DNA of 57,330 nucleotides from Chromera velia (lineage: Eukaryota), in contig JAHBMJ010000098.1 in assembly GCA_018398765.1 (NCBI GenBank), positions 1-57,330 of the forward strand. Reading direction: 5' to 3'. Every line of letters starts with the position of its first letter. Within the stretch, counting starts at the first letter, position 1. Made by a program: the position numbers and the translations under genes. Positions 21,901-33,440 of this stretch are shown here, one piece after another. The notes beneath the pieces are model-generated. The model did not search any database. It was not told the DNA's origin and saw nothing but the letters and a program-made list of their open reading frames with translations.

Positions 21901-24900
21901 GGAGAAAGGGCCTTCGAGTCTGCTGAACGTTTCTTTGTCTTTGTTTTTTTGTCACCCCGACCATCTCGCTGCCTTGCTGCCTTGCCCTTCGCCTCTCACC
22001 CTGCTGTTTGCACTGACGGTAAGGGATCTGATGACGGATTCAGAGACAGACGTGGAGGGACGGATTCAGCTTACCTGACGTTCCGTAACGTCCTCTGTAC
22101 CCTCTCGAAAGGGGCGCTTGGTAGTTGGAGCTTCCCCCCCTTCCTCCACTGCCTCTGTCCTTCCCCCCAAGCCCCCAGGGCCTGCTGTCTGCCAGCATCT
22201 CCACGTGCTCTTCGAAAAGTGGTTCCACGATCTCCATCTCGACCTCTCGGCTCTCCAGGTCACCCTGCACACAGAGAACGAAGGAAGGAAGGAAGGAAGG
22301 AAGGAAGGAAGAAAGGAAGGAAGGAATGAAAGGGGGATGGAAGGGTAAAGGCTTCAACAGATCGCATACAGAGACATTCAGACGGGTGAGCATTGTCGCA
22401 GAATTCCCAAACTCCTGCCTGCTTGCTCACACCACGCACACACGGGCCCGCGCGCACACCTCGCACAGTCAATCAGTCAGTCAGTCAAGCAGTGAGTCAG
22501 TCAGTCAGTGAGTCCATGAATCACTCCCTCACAAAAGAAGCAGGCAACTAAGCAATCGTGGAAGAAAGTATGCAGAGGGAGAGAGAGCCCCAGTTCTGCA
22601 TTCCCCTCTGACGTTTCTCAAATGTTTCAGCCAGCGGTCCACCTCTGACTCCGACATCCTCCCCACCAGGGCCTTCACGAGAGCCCTGTCTATTGCGTCC
22701 ATCACTCCGGGCTTCAAGTCCTTGCAGATGCGCTGCTGGACCAATTTGACGGAAACTTCTGCCAGATCTCTGTACGCATGGAAAGAAGGACAGAGGGACA
22801 GACACGGGGTCAACAAAAACGCACGATGGCAACAACACAGGATCAAAGACATGCATGCCGATGCAACAGACAAGGACGAGAGACAAGAACAAAGAACGAA
22901 CCGATCGGAGTCCTCTCTCTGATCCCGTTTCCCCCGACTGACTTGATGATTTGATCAACGTCCTTCCCTCGGAACCCCACTTCTGTGAATTTCGTTGCCT
23001 CCACCTGCATGGGACGGATGGATGGGAGGCGGATAGGTAGACAAGTGCATCGACAGATAGATCGACACATACTGAGTGATTTAGGACGAAGACTAGGGGA
23101 AACATCAGGCACGCACGCAAGCACGCTTAAGAGAAAGTCACACAGAAAATTCGTCAACTGGCGAAGAAAAACTCGAAATATACAGAGGGACAGGAGAAAA
23201 GAAGATGAGAGAGGAAAAGAGGGAGGCAGAGAGAGGGAAAGAGTATCGTGAAGACTCTCTGGCTAAGATGGGAAACATATCGAACTGCTTACTTTAATGA
23301 AAGGCGCGTCCAGTAATTTTGAGAGCCGTCGAGCGATCTGGAAGAAGAAAAGAGCAAGAGAGCTTGGCGGGGACCGAAAGCGAATACGAAGATCCACCCG
23401 ACTCGGCGGGGAGGAGAGGAAACCAAAGGCAAATACAGCTTCTTAAGGAACAACAACGCGCTTGCGGGAACGCATGACACCGGGGGACCCAAAGTGTATG
23501 TTGCCTGTTGGTCGTAAGTCAAAGCAGACAGGCAGCCGGATGGCACACAGGCAGCTGGAACAGACACGCACACACACCCACACACATACACTCACGCAGA
23601 CACACATACACATACACACACAGACTCCCACATACACCCATACAAACAAACCCACAGACAGATGCACTCCATGCTTCCCTTCTTCCCCAATCGCTTTTCT
23701 TTCCCGCCTCCCACGCCTCCCAGAACCCCCCACTTACCTCCGTCTTGCCAACTCCTGTCGGCCCAACCATCAGGATGTTCTTCGGGACAATGTCCCCCCG
23801 GAGGTCATCGTCCTGAATCTGACGCCGTCGCCATCGGTTTCCTGTGTCCAGATTAAATTATATTGGGGCATGCACAGCCGGATGAACCATAAGATGAGCA
23901 CATCTTCATCGCCAAGACACCTCAACCCTCCCCGCCTGCAGCAACGAAAGCCGAACCACGCTCTGGGCAGGAAGAGAGGTTCAGTTGACGGTAGACAGTT
24001 TGAGTGTTCGAAGTCGAACAAGAGGGAAACGAAGAAGATAAACAAAAACTGCGGGAAAGGAATCGAAGAAAGCCTAAACTTGGACTGCGTGCAAGCTTTT
24101 TTTCATGAGTGGCTGTCTCATCGTTGGTTAGGTTGTTTGACTTGTGTTGCTTTTTGGCTGACTGAATGCGACGGCGAGACTCCTCTTTGCCTCCTGCTGG
24201 CCGACGATGTGTCTGTCGAGGTAGTCGACCATCTCGTCGGGTGTCATATCGTGGGGGTGGGGAGAGCGAGGGGCAGAGGAAGAGGGGGAAACGGAGGAGG
24301 ACGCGGGGGCTGTGGACGAGAGGGGGATGTCTTTATCGCTCGACGGTGGTGGTGGGGTGGGCGGCGGGGAAGAATTGCGGTAGGGAAGTTGTGGTCCTGC
24401 AGAAAGGCGGTGAGAGAGGAGAAACATGGGAAAGGAACATGCAAGCACACAAAGAAACAGCCAAAAGGAGAGAGGCAGCCGGCTTGAGAGACGGGAAGGT
24501 ATGGATGGATACATGCTCGCACCACAACAGGGAGACGTGCAGGCAGATGCAGGCGGCAGGTGTCAGAGGGAGTGACATCGAAAGACGTGCAGGGAGGCCT
24601 GTTGGCAGAGAAGAAGAGAACACTCAGACCCGGCCAGACCAGAGCAAGAATGCGACCCGCTGAAGAGAGAGGAGGGGAGCAGGAAGATCCAACAGAGCGG
24701 TCCCCTACCAGAGGAGGAGGAAGAATCTTTGATGGGGTCATTTGCATTCTCATGAAAGCAATCTGTCAATAGAGCAAGAGTGGAAGCTAAGCAATGACAA
24801 TTGAGCGAGAGTCTGTTCACCTTTCGCCATCAAAGAAAAGGAGCGTCTCGTTTCTCCTGTGGCTGTTGCAGACGAAAGGGAACGCGTACACAACGAGCAC

Positions 24901-24938
24901 AACCTCGTCCCGAGCGGCTGGAGCGACCAGCCCCCCAT
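18979..24938 (-). CDS. hslU: ATP-dependent protease ATPase subunit HslU (ClpY), mitochondrial type, ~15 exons
   Basis: The spliced product contains [34 protein letters not shown], Walker [21 protein letters not shown], pore region [17 protein letters not shown], Walker [37 protein letters not shown]...[24 protein letters not shown] and the C-terminal HslV-activating tail DLKKYLL* (TAA at 18979-18981). The first exons (24938-24821, 24762-24709) encode an R/S/L-rich presequence-like leader; the start codon is less certain. Confidence 0.93.
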
Positions 24939-25279
24939 TTCTCTCTTTCCTTCTTACACAATTCCAAACAAAGGAGTCTCCACTGCTTCTGATGGGTGCA
25001 CACTGCACCTCCCGAGGGGAGAGACAAACAACGCAAAGGAGACGCTGAAAGCTCGGCGCCAGACTGAGCCGCAGGAGAAGGTCAACGGAGCTGCATGCCT
25101 GAGAGAGACGCGTGCTCAAGGCACTTTGAATTCACACGGCAATTCAAGCGCACTCGTTGGGATCCGTCGCGGTCATCTGGCAGTCCATCGACCTTCTATG
25201 CGTCCTGTTAATAGAAATCTCCCAGAAACTTCTGTTTAATATACCGCTGAGTCTCTGACGACACTGACATGAACTTCAG

Positions 25280-25375
25280 TGCATGATGACTGGCAGAAGA
25301 GCCGTGCGCGGCGGCGCGCAAATGTGCATGATGGCGCGCCGCAGCGCGCGCGGGCCGGCTCCGTTCGATCATGAA
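25280..25375. promoter_or_regulatory. Putative bidirectional promoter (hslU / SF3A1)
   Basis: A CGCG-rich block with repeated TGCATGATG motifs lies in the ~790-bp gap between the head-to-head genes. Confidence 0.45.
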
Positions 25376-25730
25376 TCACAAAAATCAGGAATTTTGCCGC
25401 AGTCTGACGTATATACCGATCGAAACTTCATGCCTTTCGATCCTAGCTGCAATTCCGCAAACAGACACCGCTTTGTTGGAGTGATTGACCCAGCAGTCCG
25501 AAACATTGAGAGCAGGCGTAGTAAACCCACGCACGCTTCGTGTCCTTTCTCTCACAGTCCGCCTTTTCTTAGTGGAGACGGCTGTGGCAAGTTGGTATTT
25601 CCACAGCACGAGGGTACTGAAGTGATTGAGTAGAAAGAAGAGGTTTCTGGATTTTCGACAGTGCTTCTGTAGAGCCCTTCCTGAATACACCCCTAAAGAG
25701 CTCAACGAAGACAGAAAGGAGCAACTCAGG

Positions 25731-26181
25731 ATGCTAGGGTTTCCCCCTCCCCCACAAGCCCCCATGCCACCCGCGAGGCCAGCGGCTCCGCCCACAGCGT
25801 CTAAATTCGGGATTATTTTTCCTCCCCCCGACATTCAGAATGTTATTGAGAAGACCGCCTCCTTCGTGGCAAAGAACGGAGACGCCTTCGAGTCGAGGAT
25901 CATCCAAGAGAGACAGGGCGACCAGCAGAAGTTTGGCTTCCTCATGAAGAACAACCCCTACAGACCGTACTATGAAATGAAGCTCCGGGAACTGAGGGGG
26001 GAAGATGGTAGGTAATACAGACAGGCAGGCAGGCAGGCAGGCATACGGATTTTCACTCAGTTCGCGTTTTCTTTTCTTCACGTTTTGCTCCCTTTTACCG
26101 GCTTGCTGGGTCTTCCCCTCCGCCCCCCCCCCCGAGGCTCTCTCACTCTCATTTACAGAGCTACAAGCGCTAACCATCCTG

Positions 26182-26271
<90 letters not shown>

Positions 26272-29200
26272 TGTGCGTGCAGTCGGGGATGCAAAGAGGC
26301 CCACCGTCCCGAGGGCGATTCTCGACCAGCAGGCCAAGGAGGCAGAGAAGAAGGCCAGGAAGGAGCAGCTGAAGATGCTCACGATGGGGGGAGAGACAGG
26401 AGCTGCAGGGAAAAAGGAACTGAAACCACCGCCAGAGGACGTCTTCAGCGTGCAGCAGCCCTACATTGCCCCACTTGACCTGTCAGTCGAGCATGGAAAA
26501 TCAGAAATTTTGATTGATGGTATGAAAAAGCGCTTGTGGTCTCAATCCTGCGGAGAGGCGGTCAGCGTGCAAGCGTTTCCGTCCGTTTGTATGACGTTTC
26601 CTCTTCCGACGCCTTGTTTTTCTCGCGTGACTCTGTCAATGTACTTGCGTTCCCTTTTTGCGGATGTGAATTCCTTGCTCTTCAGTTCTTTTTCGGGCGC
26701 AGCCTGTACGTGACTTTACACGAGCAGATTCTCAAAGAACAACCTGTGTGTTTCTGCTTCCTTGTATGCTGTCTGCTTCCCTCTCCTCTCTTTCCCTCAG
26801 GGACGTGATCAAGCTGACGGCCCAGTTTGTGGCTCGGAACGGTCAAAAGTTTCTCATGGCGTTGACGGAGCGAGAGGAAGGCAACGGTCAGTTCAGCTTC
26901 CTGAAGCCGACACACCACCTTTTCGGGTACTTCTCCAAGCTCATCGAGGCCTACCACAGGTGTCTGGTGCCCTCGGATGACACGAAGAAGTTCCTCAAGT
27001 CCCTCACAGAAGACGGAGGAGACGGCGGAGAGCCGAAAGAGAACGGAACCGCAAAAGCGAATGGAGGGCTGATGCCTCAAGACATCGGAGCTCCCCTGCC
27101 TAAGTTGCCTCAGCAGTTTCTTGACAGAGCAACGGACAGGTTTGAGTGGGAGGCCAACGAGGCGAAGAAGAGAAAGGAGAAGGAGGAAGCAGAGGAAGAG
27201 GAGAGAGGTGAGTCAGTGCGGGGAACGGGAAAGAGAAAGAAGGGAAGCAAGAAACTGGTGTGCCTCTTTTGATTTTGGATGAACGGACTCGTTTCTTTCC
27301 ATTTTATCTGCCGCTTGAAAGACAGTTTGGATGAGTTCTAGGGTGACACGAATTTTCTCCTGAAAGAAGACACCATCTGTTTGCGGGTTGCTGACTGGTA
27401 CACAGGGGGGATCCCCGTTCGTCTTCTATCAAGCGGTCTTTCTCCCCCTCTCTCTCTATGAGTGAGTGTGTGAGTGCGTGAGTGGGCGGGGGAGGGGGAC
27501 CAAGCGCGTCCCTTCACTGCTTGCTGATCCGCTGTAACCACCCCAAGCTGCGTGTGTGCAGTCCAGATGATGCAGATCGACTGGCACGACTTTGTCATTG
27601 TCGATACTATCGAGTTCACCCTGGAGGTACGTGGATCGTCCTGGATCTATCTGCACTGTGTCTCTCTGTCTCTGTGCAAAAATGAGAGGATGAACTATCA
27701 GGAGAAGGGGGTTAGAGAGCGACTGAAAGAGTGACGGGCAGACAGGCAGACAGCCAAGCTGACGGCATGGCGAAGAAAACAAAAGTTTGTGAGAGAGAGT
27801 ATTTAGCAGACAGATTCGAGAACCGGGGCCCAGCTCAGAGACTCGACAGGAAAAGAAAAATGAGTACTTTCGTGCCACTCATTCATCCATCCGACTGTCA
27901 TTTCTTTCTTTGTTGGAGAGCACAGACATCCGGCTTGAAGACCCGCCTGTGTGACGGCATGCGTCTGAATAGACGTGCACTTGTCGTAATGCCATCACCT
28001 TTGTGGCCTATCTGCAGCATGAGTTCGAACGAATTTTGAGCCTGAGAAAATCATAATGTTATTCTAATGAAGTTTTCCATTCCACCTCGTGATTCTGCAG
28101 GACGAGCACGGCGACCTGGGTGCACCCATTGACTTCTCTGCCGGAAGGCGCCAGGCAGTCCCGCCGTCGCTGGAGGCACAGGGGAGGGGTGCGGTCATTC
28201 AGAGGGGAAGGGTGGCAGCTGCAGGGAGGGAAGAGGAGGACATGGAGATGGAAATGGAGATGGAGGAAGACGTGCAGGTGATGGACGTCGACGACGACAC
28301 AGCACCCCCCGGCCAGCAGCCGCAAAAGCCGGGAGCTGCAGCGGACGAAGATATGGATGCGGCAATGGACACCGAGGGCGCAGAGGGAGCTGCAGCGCCA
28401 GCAGCGGCAGCGGCGGCTGCAGCGGCTGCGGCGAGCGCGCCAGGAGCTCCTGCCGACAGGCCGAGAGACGACACCATTGACCTGCCTGTCAGTCGGATGT
28501 TCACTTACTTGCCGGTCGACCTTCACTCCCCCCCCACGTTTGCAACTGTCCAACTGCCCTCTTCCGTTGTCTGCTCTCCTTTCCAAGACTACACCAATGC
28601 CTCTTCTCTTTCCTCTCTCCCAGTCTCTTGTTATCACTACTGCCTTCCCTTTGATGAACGAAAACGACGATACGTGCGTCAGGTGAACCCACCGGGCAGA
28701 TGTACAATAAATAGTGCGTGTCCCTTTTTGATGGATGCCAATGAATACAACTGGCTGGCTGACTCTGCAGGCGGGAGTGATGAACATGGACGCTGTGAAG
28801 ATCCGTCACGACTACAAGAGACGGCCCGTGGGAGCGAAGAGGAAGGCTGCTGCAGGCATGCAGATCTGCCCCATCACAGGCAGAGAGGTGCGAGCAGAGG
28901 AGATGACGGAGCACCTGCGCATTCTCCTCCTGGACCCCAAATGGAAGTCAGTCAGTCAGTGAGACAGAATTGATACGAACAAAGCACCTGCCACCTGGGC
29001 AAATTCTCTGGGAGAGAAGCTTTCACTACAATTATAAGTCGTGTCGACTCTATCGCATCCTAGTAGAGAGAGAAGCACATCCACACACAAAAGGTTTCTT
29101 CTCGGTTACCCGACTACGTGAGCATCCGCTTCATTTCAGACTTATTTTTTTCTTTTTTCCTGCACCTGAAATGGCAAGCCTGTCGCTTTTTGAACCAGCC

Positions 29201-31571
29201 TTTCCATGGATGTGTATGTGCATGTGCGTGTGCGTGTGTGTTTGTGTGTTCCTCAATTGTGCTTGTGTGTGTGCAGAGAACAGAAGGACCGTCTGCTGGA
29301 AAAGGCAAAAAAGGAGAGCGCCTTCGCAGGGGGATCAGGTGAGAGTCCTCGGATGAATTGGATGTTTGAACGGTTTTCTTTTTTGAATTCTCGAGAAAAT
29401 GCAGCTGGGCAGAAAGCAGAAAGAGAGGAAAGCACATTCTCGCTTTGGGCAACATCGTTCCTTCCTGCTGCAAGCTTGACGAGTGATTTTGAGACTCAGA
29501 ACAAGTTCAAAATACTTTGGGTCTTTGCTCCCTGTGCCTTTCATTCTTCTTTCTGTCATTCCGTCCCTCCGACCTTCCTCTCGGGGAGGGTGGTACCACA
29601 TTCGCTTGTCCATCTCTGTACGTCCTGTGTCTTCTGTTTGTTCTCTGCAGCTGTTGAAAACAACCTGGCAGCGTTCGTGGCACACAGACCGGATCTTTTC
29701 GGGTCGGCCTCTCTCTCTCTCTGTGTGTATGTGTGTGTGTGGTCTATCGTGAACGTCGTGCGTGTAAAGCAAGGACGAAAAGGGCCAGAAAAGAAAAGAG
29801 CCCGTCCCGTCTCCTTCGTCGATCGGTCGGTGTGCCTCCATCTTCCTTCCAGCTTCCCTTGCTCATGCAGGTTTCGATTTCTGTTGAGGGCTGGACAAAG
29901 ATCTGATCAATGACACTCTCTTTAAAAAACTCTTGCTGAAAGCTCTGGTTGTATAATCGACAGCTTTCAGAGTGAACAGCGGTCATCAAGCGCTTCTTTT
30001 ATTCAATCCCTTCTTTTCTGATGTCTGAGTGACTGCAGGTCGATCGATGATCAAATGTTTGAGGAGGACATCCCGGCAGGGGCTCCTGAGAGCGCACAGG
30101 CACCTCCTGCTCTCCCTGGGGCTGCAGCGCCCCCCATGTTCATGCCCCCTCCTCAACAGACACAGCAGATGCCGCTTCTTGGACAGTCAGTTGCTGAGAC
30201 ACAACGTTCCTTTTCTCTATATGCCGTGTCACTTTTGATGGCGCTGTGTCTTCTTTCATGATGTGCCTACCGTTTTTCCTGTCAGCATTGTCTGGTAGGC
30301 GATCCTGGAAATCAAATGTGCGCGCAGTCAAGCCGAGGCTGTACAGCTCTTCTGTATCTTTTCAATTTCCCCCGTTGTTTTCAATTTTCTGCGTGAGAGG
30401 CGCCGGAACGTCCTCTTCTCCAGAAGTGTCCGTGGTTTCTTATTTGTTGCACTTTTTTTTTTGTCTTCGTTTTCTGACTCTCTGCAGCGCCCCGCTTCCC
30501 CCAGGGCCCCCTCCAGCCATGGGCGCCCTTCCCGTTGCTGGAGCTCCAGGTCAGGCAGAGGGTGGGCAGGCTGGGAGTGTGAGCGGGACGGGGGGGAGTG
30601 ACGAGACAGAAAAAGACAACGCGCGTCAGAGAGATCTTTGGGGGTGCAGAAAAGGCTGGGCTAGTCCTTTTGCTTGTGCATAGAAGCCGTCTAAATTTCC
30701 GTCTGCTACTACATCCGACAGAGCCACACTTGTTTCTCCCGTCTTTTTCTGTTCCTCTCTTGGATGCTTCTTCCGTTATCAGTGCATGTCAAAGAACGAT
30801 CGGACTGGGAACGAAACAGCCCGATTGAGTTACTTCTTGTCGTATTTGGCTTTTCTGTTGCGTGCAGGGACTTTGCCGGTCCTGCCCTCCGGACTTCCTG
30901 CTCCTCCCCCGATTCTCCCCTACCCGCCTGCTCCTGGAATGCCAGCAGGAATTCCGCTGCCCCCCCCGCCTGGCCTAATCGAGGTCAATCGTTGACTCCC
31001 TCTATCTCTCTCTTTCTGGGGCAGGGTGTATTCGTGTGTGGATGTGCCTCTGTGTGTGTGTGGGGGGGTGGGGGGGGNNNNNNNNNNNNNNNNNNNNNNN
31101 NNNNNNNNNNNNNNNNNNNNNNNNNNNNNNNNNNNNNNNNNNNNNNNNNNNNNNNNNNNNNNNNNNNNNNNNNNNNNNNNNNNNNNNNNNNNNNNNNNNN
31201 NNNNNNNNNNNNNNNNNNNNNNNNNNNNNNNNNNNNNNNNNNNNNNNNNNNNNNNNNNNNNNNNNNNNNNNNNNNNNNNNNNNNNNNNNNNNNNNNNNNN
31301 NNNNNNNNNNNNNNNNNNNNNNNNNNNNNNNNNNNNNNNNNNNNNNNNGGGTGGGGGTGTGGGTGTGGATGTTCTTGGCAAAACGAAACAAGTGAATGGG
31401 AGTTTGTTCCTGCCTGCGTGTCTTGTCTGCTCCTGCTTATGTCTTCTCCACCACCCTGTATGCGTGAAAATGCAGGGAGCGGAGGCAAGCCAACCTGCTG
31501 CAAAGAAGCCGCGTACAGGAGCAGAGCAGCCAGATGACCAGCAGCCACCACCCCAGCCACCACCCCAATGA
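25731..31571 (+). CDS. SF3A1: Splicing factor 3A subunit 1 (SF3a120/Prp21), 12 exons
   Basis: Exons 25731-26007, 26283-26481, 26801-27207, 27562-27626, 28101-28487, 28771-28946, 29277-29338, 29651-29702, 30039-30185, 30488-30549, 30868-30983, 31476-31571. Two SURP domains (IIFPPPDIQNVIEKTASFVAKNG..., DVIKLTAQFVARNGQKFL...), Prp21 motif QIDWHDFVIVDTIEF, then CPITG...MTEHLRILLLDPKWKEQ, NLAAFVAHRPDLFG and a Pro-rich tail. Confidence 0.93.
31078..31348. other. Assembly gap (271 N) in the last predicted SF3A1 intron
   Basis: Run of n flanked by G/GT-rich sequence. Confidence 0.97.
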
Positions 31572-32392
31572 GACCACCAGTGCTGCATCAGCGGGGCAGT
31601 AAAGAGCTGCGTGGCCAGTTTTTTCTGCTCTCTTGGCGTCATCTCAAGTCCCGCGTAAGCACAAGGAGATGCTGTTCTAAGATGGAAGACAAATTGACCC
31701 TCGGCTGTGGCCAAACCTCAGCCCTGTTCATCCGCAGGGGGACAAAAAGGAAATCTCGAAAAAGTTCAATTGAAAAGAGCCGGGCAGCTTGCTCGTAGAT
31801 GCAGAAAGTGAGCTGCCGGTTGGGGATTTCCTCCTGGAAGCAAAGTTCTTTTCTATCGGTTGTTGAACGTGATCAGATGGTATGTAGCTAACAGTAGCTT
31901 GAGTCTAAGAGAGGCGCTTAAGCTCCCAGTACGGAGAAATCAATCACATTCGATGGAGAAGATCCAGGCTCATGCAGTTTTCGGCTTTAATTCTTTTTGG
32001 TGAAAAGGAAAAAACATTCAAGTTACTGCTTTCGAAAACATTCAAGGATGTTCTGATACTTAAAAATTGAATCAAAATCATATTCTTAGTGGTATTTAGC
32101 TATTTTTAGTAAATTTTATACTTGCTCCTTACAAAAAAACCTGAAAAAAAACATGGAAATCGCTAGGCTCGATCTGCACTCCATAAATAAAAAAAAAGAA
32201 AGTTTCTAATCTTTTGTTTTTTTTTATTTATCAACGGAAAATTAAGTATATGGTTTTCAATGTAGCACCCCGTGCAAGACTAAGTTGCAACACTTGAACA
32301 ACATAGGCATGAGCCTCTGGCGGGCATGAAGGCGGTTAGGAGTGTATAGCCAAATTGGCGTGAGTTCGTGTAAGACTGTAAGTTCGTGTTTA

Positions 32393-32913
32393 CACAGTAC
32401 GGTTAGGAGTTACTACTGGCCCTTTTTAGCCAGTACTAGGCCCAGTAGCAAGTTACCGTGAGTTTGGTAACCATGGGATGGTAACCAGCAGACTTGAAGG
32501 TGTGTATCACTACCATGGTAGTTCAAGGAAAAACTCGGGTAAAAACCGTTGCAAGACCTATTTTAAAGCCTAACCACTTAACTCATTAGCAATTCAAAGC
32601 CCTGAAATAATCATACTCAAATAATATATAGGCTATACATAATGACATAGTGGTTATAGTTCATGCAGTCATAAAATGATGAACATTGAGTTTTACTAGA
32701 ATGAACTTTTAATGAATGTCAAAAATATGATTTTTACTAGTCTGAAATTGGTTTTGCATGTTAAGTTTGACTCAGAATACGACCAAATTTGCCTGTTTTT
32801 AGCTGCTACCACTATGATCGGAACACTACTACCGTAACCTCAAAATTGGTAACCAGGCGGCCTAGCGGCCGCCTAGTAACCATCCTACTTTCGTTACTCC
32901 TAACCGTACTGTG
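32393..32913. mobile_element. Tc1/mariner-type MITE, 521 bp
   Basis: TIRs CACAGTACGGTTAGGAGT / ACTCCTAACCGTACTGTG, with TA on both flanks. Internal repeated GGTAACC/GTAACC motifs. Confidence 0.8.
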
Positions 32914-33047
32914 TATTCGTATTAACACATGTGTTGTCATGTATAAATGAATCAATGCCCTAGATTGTATATCATGCCCCATGGTTAGCCAGAGCCTAAA
33001 TGGTGGCTCACCGGCTTTAACTGCCTCAATTCAATTCAATTTAATTC

Positions 33048-33440
33048 CCCTGCAACGACCTAGGAATTTAGACAGGAATTTAAAGGAATTTAGACAGGAA
33101 TTTAGATAGAAATCTAAAGGAATTTAGAGCTCTAAATTCCTAAACTTTAGAGATTGATTTCTCATGAACTATAATGAGTTAGAACTTGATACTAACAGTG
33201 TTTATAGCTCTAGTATAGGTCTATAAGCACCGACCGTTAATATCACGGTCTAACTCATCATAATTCATGAGAAATCGACCTCCAAAGATTACTAAATTCC
33301 TCTAAATTTCTATCTTTAAATTCCTTTAGATTCCTAACTAAATTCCTCTAAATTCCTCTAAATTCCTGTCTAAATTCCTGTCTAAATTCCTCTAAATTCC
33401 TATCTAAATTCCTACAAAGACCAGGCCTGTCTTTGCAGGG
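33048..33440. mobile_element. Foldback MITE with subterminal (GGAATTTAGA)n / (TCTAAATTCC)n arrays
   Basis: Ends CCCTGCAACGAC / GTCTTTGCAGGG. Arms are long and inverted, including gatttctcatgaactat / aattcatgagaaatc. TSD is unclear; it abuts a (TCAAT)n retroposon-like tail at ~33026-33047. Confidence 0.7.

Noticed and set aside
23462..24487. 341-aa plus-strand ORF
   Set aside because: Antisense to hslU exons and introns, includes (CA)n-derived sequence, has no ATG start and no domain.
18979..24938. hslU as bacterial contamination or recent horizontal transfer
   Set aside because: The gene has about 14 spliceosomal introns and a presequence-like leader; nuclear-encoded mitochondrial HslUV is established in apicomplexans and kinetoplastids.
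25256..25295. Hammerhead ribozyme (CTGACGA followed by a stem)
   Set aside because: The stem CACTGA/TCAGTG is not followed by the required GAAA core, and flanking stems I and III are absent.
30764..31714. ORFs containing runs of X
   Set aside because: Artefacts of reading through the N gap.
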